This document shows, piece by piece, positions 51,259-62,456 of a stretch of DNA of 64,000 bases (position 1 is its first letter; every line of letters starts with the position of its first letter). The stretch is from Camelus ferus. Its lineage: Eukaryota. The translations under genes were made by a program, and so were the position numbers. Below the pieces are notes generated by a model that was not told where the DNA came from, ran no database searches, and saw nothing but the letters and a program-made list of their open reading frames with translations. The stretch is from assembly GCF_009834535.1 (NCBI RefSeq), contig NC_045697.1:1242001-1306000 (forward strand), read 5' to 3'.

Positions 51259-53027
51259 AAAAAAGATTTAAATTATCTGGAATAAATTTAACAAAAAAAG
51301 TGCAAGAGTTATACACCGAAAACTACAAAATGCCATTGAAATAAAATAAAGAAGACCTAAATAAAAGCAGAGACATCCTATGTTCATGCACTGGAGGAAT
51401 TTAATATTGTTGCCATGGCAACACTCCCTAAATGGTCAACAGGCTCAATGCAACCCATATTAAAATGTCAGCTGCCTCTTTTTTCCATGCAGAAGTTGAC
51501 AAGCTGATCCTAAAATTCATACGTTAATGCAAGGACTCAGGACAGCCAAAACACTTTGAAAAATAATAAAACAAAACTGGAGGACTCACACCCATGATTT
51601 GAAATGTAATGTGAAACTACAGCAACCAAGCCTGTGTGGCGCTGGCACAGGAGACGTGACGATGGGATGGAACTGCAAGTGCAGAGACAAACCCGTGCAT
51701 TTACGGGCCGCTGACTTTCACAGAGAGTGCCCAGACGTTCAATAAGGAAAGGACAGTCTTTTCAAAAAACGGTGCTGGGTTGGAGAAAAGACAGTCTCTT
51801 CAATAAACGGGGCTGGGAAAACTGGACAGCTACATGTAAAGAATGAAATTAGAGCATTCTCTAACACCATATGTAAAAATAAACTCAGAATGGATCAAAG
51901 ACCTAAATGTAAGACCGGAAACCATAAAACTGCTAGAGGAAAACATAGGTAGAACACTTTTTGACATAAATCATTATGATATTTTTTTGGATCTGTTTCC
52001 TAAGGCAAAGGAAACAAAAGCAAAAACCCCAATGGTACCTCATTAAACTTAAAAGCCTTTGCACAGCAAAGGAAACCATCAACAGAATGAAAAGACAACC
52101 TACTGAACAGGAGGAAATATTTGCAAATGACATGACTGGGAAGGGTTAATATCCAAGATATATAAACAGCTCATACAACTCAACATCAAAAAATTAAACA
52201 ACTGGATTAAAAACTGGGCAGAAGACGTGAACAGACAATTTTCCAAAGAAGACATACAGATAGCCAACAGGCACATGAAAAGACGCTCAACGTTGCTAAC
52301 AATCAGAGAAATGCACATCAAAACCACTATGAGCTATCACTTCCCACCTGTCAGAATGGCTATTATCAAAAAGGCCACAAATAACAAACAATGGTGAGGC
52401 TGTGGAGAAAAGGGAGCCCTCCTACACTGTTGGTGGGAATGTAAATCGGTGCAGTCAGTGTGGAAAACAGTATGGAGGGTCCTCAAAATACTAAAAATAG
52501 AAATACCATATGATCCAGCAATCCCACCCCTGGGTATATATCCAAAGAAAACAAAAACTCTAATCTGGAAAGACACATGCACCCCAGTGTTCACAGCAGC
52601 ACTATTTACAATAGCCAAAACATAGAAGCAACCTGAGTGTCCATCAACAGATGGCTGGATAAAGAAGATGATACACACACACACACACGTGTGCACGCAC
52701 GTGCACTGGAATATTACTCAGCCATGAAAAAGAATGAAAATTTGTCATTTGCAGCAACATGGATCAATGTAGAGGGCATTGTTTAGTGAAATAAGTCAGA
52801 CAGAGAAAGACAAATACTGTATATTATCACTTATATATAGAATCTAAAAAACAAAATGAATGAATATAATCAAACAGAAATAGACTCAGATACAGAGAAC
52901 AAACTAGTGGTTACCAGTGGGGAGAGGAAGGGGGTAGGGGACTAAGAGGTACAAACTATAAAATAAACAAGCTATAAGATATACTGTACAGCACAGGGAA
53001 CGTAGTTAGTATTTTATAATAACTTTA

Positions 53028-53140
53028 GTAGAGTGTGTGCTTAGCATGCACAAGGTCCTGTGTTCAATCCCCAGTACCTCCATCAAAAGTAAATAAGTAA
53101 ACCTAATTAACTCCCCCACAAAAAGATTTAAAAAAAGAAA
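53028..53140 (+). mobile_element. 5'-truncated tRNA-derived SINE (Vic-1-like)
   Basis: GTAGAGTGTGTGCTTAGCATGCACAAGGTCCTGTGTTCAATCCCCAGTACCTCC and A tail; flanked by TATAATAACTTTA. Confidence 0.85.
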
Positions 53141-53153
53141 TATAATAACTTTA

Positions 53154-53320
53154 TTTTTAAAACTCTTCTGTTTTAAATTTATTTTTATTTTATTTTTAAA
53201 ATTTTATTGGGGGGAGGTAATTAGGTTTATTGATTTATATTTGGAGGACGTACTGGGGATTGAACCCAGGACCTTGTGCATGCTAGGCATGCACTCTACC
53301 ACTAAGCTATACCCTCCCCC
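53154..53320 (-). mobile_element. Full-length tRNA-derived SINE (Vic-1-like), inverted relative to its neighbour
   Basis: Reverse complement starts GGGGGAGGGTATAGCTTAGTGGTAGAGTGC; flanked by TATAATAACTTTA. Confidence 0.85.
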
Positions 53321-55272
53321 TATAATAACTTTAAATGGAGTATAATCCATAAAAATACTGAATCACTATGTTGTAATCTGAAACTAGCATAATATCGTAA
53401 ATCAATACATTTCAATAGAAAAAGTCTATGAAGTGGCTCTGGGAAAACTGCATTTCCACATACAAAAGAATGAGGTGAGACTTCACCTTACACCATACAC
53501 AAAAATAACCTCAAAAGAGATCAAAGACCTGTGTGAAAGAGATAAAACTCTAAAATTCTTAGAAAAGAAACATACATCTTTGTGGGCTTGGATTAGGCAA
53601 TAGTTTGTTCGATGCAGCTTCAAAAACACAGCAACCAAAGACAGATATCTTGTTCAGAAGTTCCTCACACAGTGTGACCCAGCAATTCCAATCCAAGGTG
53701 TTTACCCAGGAGAACTGAAACATACATTCATACAAAAATTAAACTTAAAAACTTCCGTGCTTCAAAAGATACTATCAAGAAAGTGAAAAGATGACCCACA
53801 GAAGGGGTATCTGTCAAGGGTATAGTATCTGATGGATAGAAAGAACTCTTACAAGTGAACAATAAAAAGATAAATAACCCAACTAAAGGATGGGCAAAGG
53901 ATGTGAAAAGACGTTTTCCCAAAAAGACACACAAATGGCCAGTAAACACACGAAAAGATGCTCAGCATCATCAGTCATTTGGGAAACGGAAATTAAAATG
54001 ACCATGTGATATTTTAAACCCATTACAATGACTATAATAATTTAAAAAGAAAACAGAAAACAACAAGTGTGGGTGAAGATATGGATGAGAATCTCCAATG
54101 TCATGGGCACCCCCGAAAACTGTTTGGCAGCTCCTCGTGCAGGGTGACCCGGCAACTGCACCTCGAGGTCCCTACCTAAGAGAATTGAAGCACATTCACA
54201 CAAAACATCGTACGTGGATGTTCCTACTTACTAGCCAAAAAGATGGAACAACCCAAATGTCCGTCAGCTGATGGATGGATAAACAAAACGTGGTCTGGCC
54301 ACAGAGCGGAATTAATTTTTAGCCATAGAAAGGAGTGCAGCACTGCTGGGCACTACAACATGAGGCGGAATAACAGAAGCCAGTCACAAAGGTCACATCG
54401 CATATGATTTTCTTCCTTTCAAAAGTCTGGAATAGGCAAATCCACAGAGACAGAAAGCAGATTAATGGTGGCATGGTTGCCAGTCGCTGAAGGGAAGAGA
54501 CAATGAACTGGGGTTTCTTTACGGGTGATGAAAAAGTTCTGAGGTTAGGTAGTGGTGACAGGTGCACAACTCTGTGAATATACTGAAAACCACTGAATTG
54601 TACACTTTAAAAAGAATAAAAGAATGTTTTTCTTGTAATATCTAGCAAACTCAAGAAATAGCTCAAGCTAAATGCCCATCAAGAGTGGGTTGATTCAGTA
54701 AATTATCACAGTCATATGGTTGCCACTTTGTAGGATAGATGGTGATGCTGGAAATGCTGAAATATGAAATAGGTAGCGTGTGAAAAGTTAGAGACATCAT
54801 ATACACACAAATGAGACACTGGGAAATGCAGGCAAGGCAGAGCGCTGACGTGACACCGATCTGAGCAGCAGGGTGATGGCTGTGCGTCTTTTCCAGAGCC
54901 CCCCACGGCCACGTGCGACTGGTGTGCTCAGAGCCACTGTTACGCTGGGGGAGGAAGGGCTGCAGCCTGCCTGTGGCTCGGGCCTGTTTCTAAGAGGAGG
55001 CAGAAGGCAGCCTGGGAAGGCTTCAGCCCTGCAGCCCCAGCCCCTCAGGTAAAGCCCCGGAGGCAGAAGCCTTTCTGGACGGTGTGCCGCTGTGGGGAAG
55101 GGCCCTGACTTCAGTGGAGCCTGGAGAGCTGTGAAGCCAGAGCTTCTGATGGTGCCGCAGAAGAGTGAGCTCTTCTAGCGGGCTAAGCCCCAGGCCGGCC
55201 CACAGGAGGTGGGGGGCCAAAGGGAGGACTACTGTCCCAGCCCCAGGCCCTCACCTGCGGCACTGCAGAGCA

Positions 55273-55590
55273 GGTGTGTGTGTGTGTTTGTGTATGTCTG
55301 TGTCTGTGTGTGTGTCTGTGTCTATGTGTGTGTTTCTATGTGTTTGTGTCTGTGTGTGTCTGTATGCGTTTGTGTATGTCTGTGTCTGTGTGTGTGTATC
55401 TGTGTATGTGTGTGTGTGTCTCCGTGTGTGTCTGTGTTTGTGTGTGTGTCTGTGTGCGTGTCTATGTGTGTTTGTGTGTCTATATGTGTGTGTATGTCTG
55501 TGTGTTTGTGTGTGTGTCTATGTGTGTTTGTGTGTCTATGTGTGTGTGTATGTCTGTGTGTTTGTGTGCATGTGCGTGTGCGTGTGTGTT
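55273..55590. repeat. Degenerate TG-rich simple repeat
   Basis: About 315 bp of TG interrupted by TC, TA and TT. Confidence 0.95.
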
Positions 55591-56753
55591 GGTGGGGTAG
55601 GGTACGGATGGAAAAAGAGCCAAAAGCTCCATAAAAAAACTGGTCCAGGGCAGGAAAACCAATAAGGTGCTTCCCCCAGGCCGACCCCAGGGAACAAGAG
55701 AGCAGGAAACTGCAGTGGGCCTGTCCGGTTCAGCCCGGTCTCCCGGACTGCATGGAGCCCCAGCAACACTGCCCAGGGCCACCGTTTTGGAAGGTGCTGA
55801 TCCTCCATGGGCAGCTGCTGGACAGGCAGGGTGGGGACATGGAAGAGGGTCCCAGGGATGAATCAGACCCTGTGTGTGTCCCCCAAGAGCCCAGCCTAGC
55901 GGGAGAGCCACACACATTAACAAGACAGAACTGAGAAGCTGGCTGATGCCCAGCGGGTCTGTGGCCGTGGTGAGGGCAAGAGCAGTGAGGGTGAGACGTG
56001 GCTGGAACCTGGGATGCAGAGCGAAAGAGAGCGTGAGAGACTGAGGCCGAAGGAGTGAGGGGCACCCACCTGCCAAGGGCTCCCCATGCCTCACAGAGGA
56101 GTCAGACACACCCACCCAGTCACTCAGTGTTAAACCTGCCTGGTCACCTGGATGTTGAAAACTCCAGCACCTTCTGTGACTGATGCCCAGCTCTGCTTCC
56201 CGCCACTCTCACAGAAGGCAGCACAAGTTCCCTGTAATGACTCCACTTGGGTTTGAATTACTAGGAAGTGCCATTTTTCTAGTATTGAGTCCAGTGCAAT
56301 TCTAAACGGTTCTATCAATACCGAAGGTTTTGTCCAGCTTGTGTCTTTGGTCATGGTCAAAGTCAGGGCACGGCACTGCAGCAAACTTTCCAAAGAGCAC
56401 TTCTCCAAAGGCACATGTGGACAAGTGTCTGATTCCACTGTCAGAGTAGGAAAAAAATGGCCTTTTGACAGAAAAAAGGCACTTTGTCTTCTTGAACTTC
56501 TAGGGGTCAGTGAAAGAGATAACCTGGAAAAACTAATAGCATTGCAAGGTGCTTCTTACATAGGTACATCCATGAGCCTTTGAAACCCTTTGTAAAGGCC
56601 TAATTAGGGGAAAACAAGGAGTACCACGAGAAGCTGATGGGCTCCAGAGGCCCAGGGTAAGTATGCTTGGATGTGAGAGTTTGGGCATTTGCACAACCAC
56701 ATAGCAATTCTAGTGAGCCAGCCTGGGCCCTGCTAGCTGCTCCTTGCAAAAGA

Positions 56754-56856
56754 CATCCACCCATCCATCCATCCATCCACCCATCCACCTATCTACCCAT
56801 CTGTCCATCCATCTACCTTTCCAGCCAATAAGCTGTCTATCCATCCACCCATCCAT
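56754..56856. repeat. (CCAT)n-type degenerate tetranucleotide repeat
   Basis: CATCCACCCATCCATCCATCCATCC... Confidence 0.85.
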
Positions 56857-56896
56857 TCTACCATGACAAGGATTTAACAGGGAGGCATGTATGTAC

Positions 56897-57320
56897 TGAT
56901 ATAGGTTGAATTGTGTCCCCCCAAATTCATGTTGAAGTGCTAACCCCTAGGACCTCAGAATGTGGCCTTATTTGGAAATAGGGTCATTGCAGGTGTAATT
57001 AGTTAAGATGAGTCATAACTAATGGCCCCAAGTCCAGAGGGATCGGCGTCCTTCTACAAACGGGAAATTTAGACCCAAACAAGCAAAGAAGGGAATGACA
57101 TGTGAAGACGAAGCAGAGATCAGGGCGGTGCACCTGCAAGCTGAGGATGGCCGTCCACCGCCAGAGTGAGGGACGGGCCTGAGGACACAGGCTCCCTCAC
57201 AGCCTCAGAAGGAACCAGCCCTGCTGACGCCTTCTGGCCTCCAGAACTGAGACGATTTCTGTGGTTTGCCTCCTCCCCGGCCCCAGTTTGTAGTGCTTTG
57301 TTACAGGAGCCCTAACACAC
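56897..57320 (+). mobile_element. ERVL-MaLR solo LTR (MLT1-like)
   Basis: TGAATTGTGTCCCCCCAAATTCATGTTGAAGT...TATTTGGAAATAGGGTC...CTTCTGGCCTCCAGAACTGAGA...TTTGTTACAG, typical of MLT1. Confidence 0.85.
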
Positions 57321-60300
57321 ACGAGATGGCATGAGTCTGACAGCCAGGCTGCCAGGGGGTCTCAGCACAAGACACTCTGGGCAGCAAATATGCTAATTTC
57401 TTATGAACAGACCAGGTCTTCCTGCTTCCTTGCCCCTCCAGCCATTGCCAAGGCTTTCTTCTCGTGGTTTTAATGAATGACACCGTGTCCCAGGGAAGAC
57501 CGCCTCTCCTCCAGTGGGAGGAGCGCAGCGGGAGGCAGGGAGGGGAAACCCCACTCCCTGATGGGTCGCTCACATGAGTCCCCACCCCGGCAGCCAGCTC
57601 AGGCGCCCAGAGGGGACAGGGCGAGGGGACTGGGACCAGGAGGGCAGGCATGACCAGGAAATGACCTGCTAGTAATCTCAGCCTTCCTCCTGGTGGTGAC
57701 GCGGGACCAAGCTTCAGCACTGGGCCCTGGGCAGGGTCTCACTCCCCTCAGCTCCACAGGCAGGGGCCTGGTGTCCCCCCCGGCCCCACCCACTAAAACT
57801 CCCATGTGATGTGAGTTTGAGGGGGGGTGACTGTACGTGTGTGAGTGGGCGGGTGCACGTGTGCAGGTGCGTGTGGGTGTGTGTTTGCATGTGAGAGTGT
57901 CAGAGAGTGCGTGTCTGTGCACGCCTGTGTGAGCACACACCCAGCGCGGTGGTGACGCCCCCTCCCCCCTGAGAGCGTCTACACAGACCGCAGGTGCCAG
58001 AGAGTAAACACTTCTCCCCCAAAGGCCGGAGCGGAGACGACGGGGCACAAAAGGGCAGCCCAGTGCCACCTCATGCGTGTTTCTGCCCCAACAGGCCCTG
58101 CTTTCACCTCCTCTGAGGCCCAGCTCCGACCTCGGGGCACACATTCCAGCCCAGCCTACACATGACCCCGACAGGGCCCAGACCTGGCTCCGCACTGGTT
58201 TCCAAGCCCACTTCTAGAACACGCTGTGCTGGAGCTTGTGTTTTCAGAAGGTCTAATTTACTTCCGTATTGTCTGGGCATTCCTTTAAAAATGAATCCTT
58301 TCCCTTTTTAGTTTTAAATGAAAAGGCTTTTAAGTGAAATCCCAGGTGTGTCACACGTTAGAGAGGCCGTCGCTGTGGGAAAACAACCCGTCAGGCCGCA
58401 CCGCCCACTTGCCCAGGAGGAGCCGGGCTGCCAGCCAACTCCTCCCCACAGACAGCGTGGCCTCGCGGGCGCCCATCGTTCTGGGGCGGGGAGGGCAGCC
58501 GGGCCTTGTGCCCTAGCTCTGCACCACCTGGGTCCCCCACCAGCCCCCTGAGAGGCCCAGGGAAGGGGCCTGGTCCTCACTGGTAGGTCACCACGACCAG
58601 GGGGTGGGGGCCAGGACGGTCAGAGTCACGTACATGGGGTGGGGACGGAGGGGCACACGTGGGCATGGGGACAAGTGAGACATCAGAGGGCACGCACTCG
58701 GGCTCCCGTGACCACGGGAACAGCAGCGGTCTCCGTGTGCCACGCTGGCGCACACCGAGGTCACCATCCCTCGAGGGACAGGAGGTGCAGGGGGAGCCGA
58801 GTCCTGGCACCACCGCTGACCAGCTGTGTGCCCTTGGGCAGATCGCTCCCTGCCTCCAGCCTCATCATTTTCTTCTCTAAAGTGGGAGTCGTTACACCCA
58901 CCTGGCAAGAACAAGGGGACATACCTGGCCTGTGACAAATGCACGTGAGCTGCAGTGCTTCCTCGCTGGACCCACTAGGCCAGAGAATCAAGCAGACAGA
59001 GCGGTGAGTCCACAGCCCGAGTAACACAGCTTCTTAGCAAGGCACCGTCGCGCCCAGATCCATGCTGCGGGGTCCCGTGGCGCTCAGTGGTGTGGCCCAC
59101 CCCTGCCCTCCCCTCCCTGGAGCTCTGCGGCTGCCTGTTCCCACCACGAGGTCAGCAGGACCTCCGGGGCGTCCCAGGGAAGCTGGAGGACTGCAGTTTG
59201 GTTCCACAGACTGTACGTGAACAGGAGCCTGACAACCAGCTCAGCCGTGCCTCTAGTCGAGCAGCGTCACCACTGCCGTCCCATGAGCTGCAAGCACCCT
59301 TCCTGTTTTCCCTTGCCCGATTCTGCCCCAGCCCACAGGCTCCTGACCGGCCCAGGCCCGTCAGGGAATGGTGGGGAGCCAGAGGCAACTATCATGTAAT
59401 CAGAATCCCACCAACACCTATGCCAGCTGCGGGCAGTCACCGGGCAGCAGGGAGGGCTTCCTGGGGGAGGCAGCACAGCCTGGCAAGAGGTGTGGCCCTC
59501 CCTGTCTGTAAGTCCATGAAGACCCCAGCCACCCTGCACACTGGGCCCATGGGCCCTAGGACCCCGCCTCCTGGCACCTGCTGCCTGCAGGGTTTTGACC
59601 TGGTTCTGCTGCCCATGACCTCGGTGGGGCCAGGCCTCTCACTGCTCCCCACCCTCGTCTTCCCGCCATCTTGTTGGTGCAGGTTTGTCAACTCCACACA
59701 TTCCCCGTTGCCTGTCTGTCCCTGGGTGGGCGCATTTCTGGCGACTCTGGCCTCAGGGCCCACTTCCCCACAAGAGCTGCTGGTCCCAGCACCTGAGAAA
59801 TGCCTGCCTCCCTCTCCAGCCGTGGCCCCAGGGCTGCTCCCAGGAAAACCACCCAGGAGACTGGAAGAGGACCTGGCTCGGACAAGGACATTGAAGTCAG
59901 GTGAGCACCTGCTACAGGACTGGGGGTGGGGGGGACATGAGGCCCTGAGCTGGGTGCTTGGGGACACAGGGTACCAGCAGCACCTACCCTCGAGGGGCCC
60001 TGGGCTAGGGGTGGGGAGGAGAACGTGTTTACTTGCTGTAAAATGGGAAACAGGGTCCTGCGGAGGACACACCGTGGGGTGGGATGGTGGTGCTGGCGTC
60101 TGTCTCGTGCTGTGTGGTCTGTAACACAGGGCTACTTACAGCCTCCTCGACAGGCTGGTGGTGCAAGTTGTGAGGCTGGGGTCAGGTAGTGGCCTCAGGG
60201 CCACAGGCTCCCACCACTGCCTCCTCCAAGAAGCCAGCCCCAGAAGGTCAGGCACAGGCAGGGCCAACCCCAGGAGTGGCAAGGGCCTAACCTAGGTGGA

Positions 60301-62456
60301 TCAGTGGGCACGCTCGCCAAAGGCCCCACGGTGACCGCCGGGGCTGTGTTCCGGGCACCCAGAAGCCCACGGACTCGGGGATTGGATTTCCTGGGACTCT
60401 CCAGTCATCACGGAGATCCAGAGGGAACACACCGCCTGGGACACTTGTAGGGGACAGCCAGGAAGCGGCAGCCAGCCCCTCGTCACCAGGGACACTGCAG
60501 AGAGTGGAGGGGCCGAAGAAATTCCGGGAACTCAAGGCTTTCCCAGACAGGGGGGACCACAGCAGACACCCTGCCCAGTGCCGACCACCTCACTGGGCCG
60601 CCCTGGCCCCACAGCTGACTGAAGGCTCCACCGGAGCCACACCCCCCGTCCCAGGCCACAGGCTGTGATCAGTGGGGGAAGGGCGTCTGGGCTGGTCCCC
60701 CTGGGGTCTGGAGGGAGGGAGAGCTGGCAGCTCTCAGGTCTGTCTCGCCCTGAGTGACCCCACGCCCGGTGACCCCCCCCCCAGAGGTGAGTCTGTGAAA
60801 CAAGGGGCAGCTCCCCCTCCAGGGCTGGTGCCGTGAGACTGGCTGCTGCAGGCCCAGCAGGCGGCCCCCCGCATTGCCACGGCGACCCCTCCACAGGTCC
60901 CACGGCTGACCTGGTGGGTCCTGTGTGGCCCTGGCACATCTGCCCTGTCCAGCTCTGTCCACTTACAAGGCTACAACATCGTCACTGACGGCCTGGAGAC
61001 ATCCCTCAAAGCCAGAGAGCTCCAGGGGGCAGGGGCACAGCAGGGCTGGGGAGGGCCCCGAAGCAGCTGCTGACAGCCTGGCTCCTCCAGAATGCCTCAC
61101 CTCTGCCTCCCAGCTCACTGCCCTCGCCCTGGGTGCTCCCTGGCCCCACACCGCCCCCTCGAGGCCTGGCAAGAACCCGTCCTCCCTCCCCTCAGCCAGG
61201 GAGCTGTGCGGGGTGGGGGCCACGGGCTGGCTCCTCCGAGGACACAGCCGGCCCCGGGCCCCGCACGAGGCCCAACATCAGTGGTGGCCCTGGTTACGCT
61301 ACGGGAACCCAGGCTTCACACCGCGGCTTCTTAGTGCAGGTGCGATGCGCGGGCCCTCCAGACAGTCAGGAGGTGCAGGTGAGCAAGGGCACGCGGTGTG
61401 TTTTTCTGAACTCGGGTAGTTGTCACAAGAGCAGAAGGGACCCTTGTCACCATTCTGCTTTGTACCTTATGGACTTTCTGAGCGTTTGCTGCTTTTAAAA
61501 GCTCTCTGGGCAGAAGGCTCCACAGCTGACCAGTCAAAGCAGCAGGCGAACTTGGCCAGGACAGGCCCTGGTCCTCCCGCTGCGCACACCCAGCAACGCA
61601 GTCACACTTGGCCGTGGCCTCCATGAGGGCAGGAGCACAAGCTTTGCTTCCGGGAAGTGGCTGTTCAGACAGGCACTCTCCTGGTCCCATGGGGTGGAGG
61701 AAAATGACCCCCAGAGGGTGCAGCCTGCGCCCCCCCCACCATCTCCACACGTCCGAGGAGGGGTCAGTGCTTACCCAGCATGCTCCACTCCCGCTCAGAG
61801 CCCAGCCCCACCCCCAGACTGTGCAGCCCCGGATGCCCAAAGGAGCAGGGAGTTGGGCAGGAAGTGGACAGACAGGCCCAGGGGGCTACAGCCCTGCTCC
61901 AGGACCTGTGGGGAGGAGACATCAAACGGCTGTGCCCTGAGGCTCAGCGCTGCAGGCCTGGACTCTGCTAGCTCCCTTCTCCTGGAGCCGCCCCCAGCGG
62001 GTGGCCCCTGCACCACAGATGTCACACCTTCCACACATCGGTTAGGGTCAAGGACATGGACCCTGCTTGAGGGGGGCCAGCCACATCTGGGTCTTGGGTG
62101 CTGGGCTGGGAGGTTACCAGCATGTCTTAGTGAGTCCCAGTGGACCCCCTCTGGCTCCCAGGATTTCCTTCTGAGGCCAGCTGCCCTGAGGTCCTTGGCA
62201 TCCCTCATTTCCTCCCAAACTAGAGCAAGTGCGCACTGCAAAGCATGAGGCGCGAGGGGGGCTCTGGGATGGGACCCCTGGTCCTGCCAGTGCCCCCACA
62301 TCTGGGGTTGGACAGATGGGAGGGGTCACCCCCAGCCAAGGGGCTCTGAGTCTCTGTTTTGAATCTCTGAAGCAGGGGTGACAATGAAAACACAGCCACG
62401 GGACTCAGTGAGGCCGCTTGAGCAGAGCTCCCCATGGGCTTCACCCAAGGCAGCCA

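Larger units (their letters stand above)
51050..54620 (+). mobile_element. LINE-1 mosaic: an old L1 interrupted by a younger 5'-truncated L1 (~51781-53420) and three SINEs
   Basis: ORF2 peptides ([36 protein letters not shown]); L1 3' UTRs at ~52800-53420 and ~54400-54620. Confidence 0.88.

Noticed and set aside
55165..55665. Cys/Val-rich ORFs
   Set aside because: Translations of the TG microsatellite.
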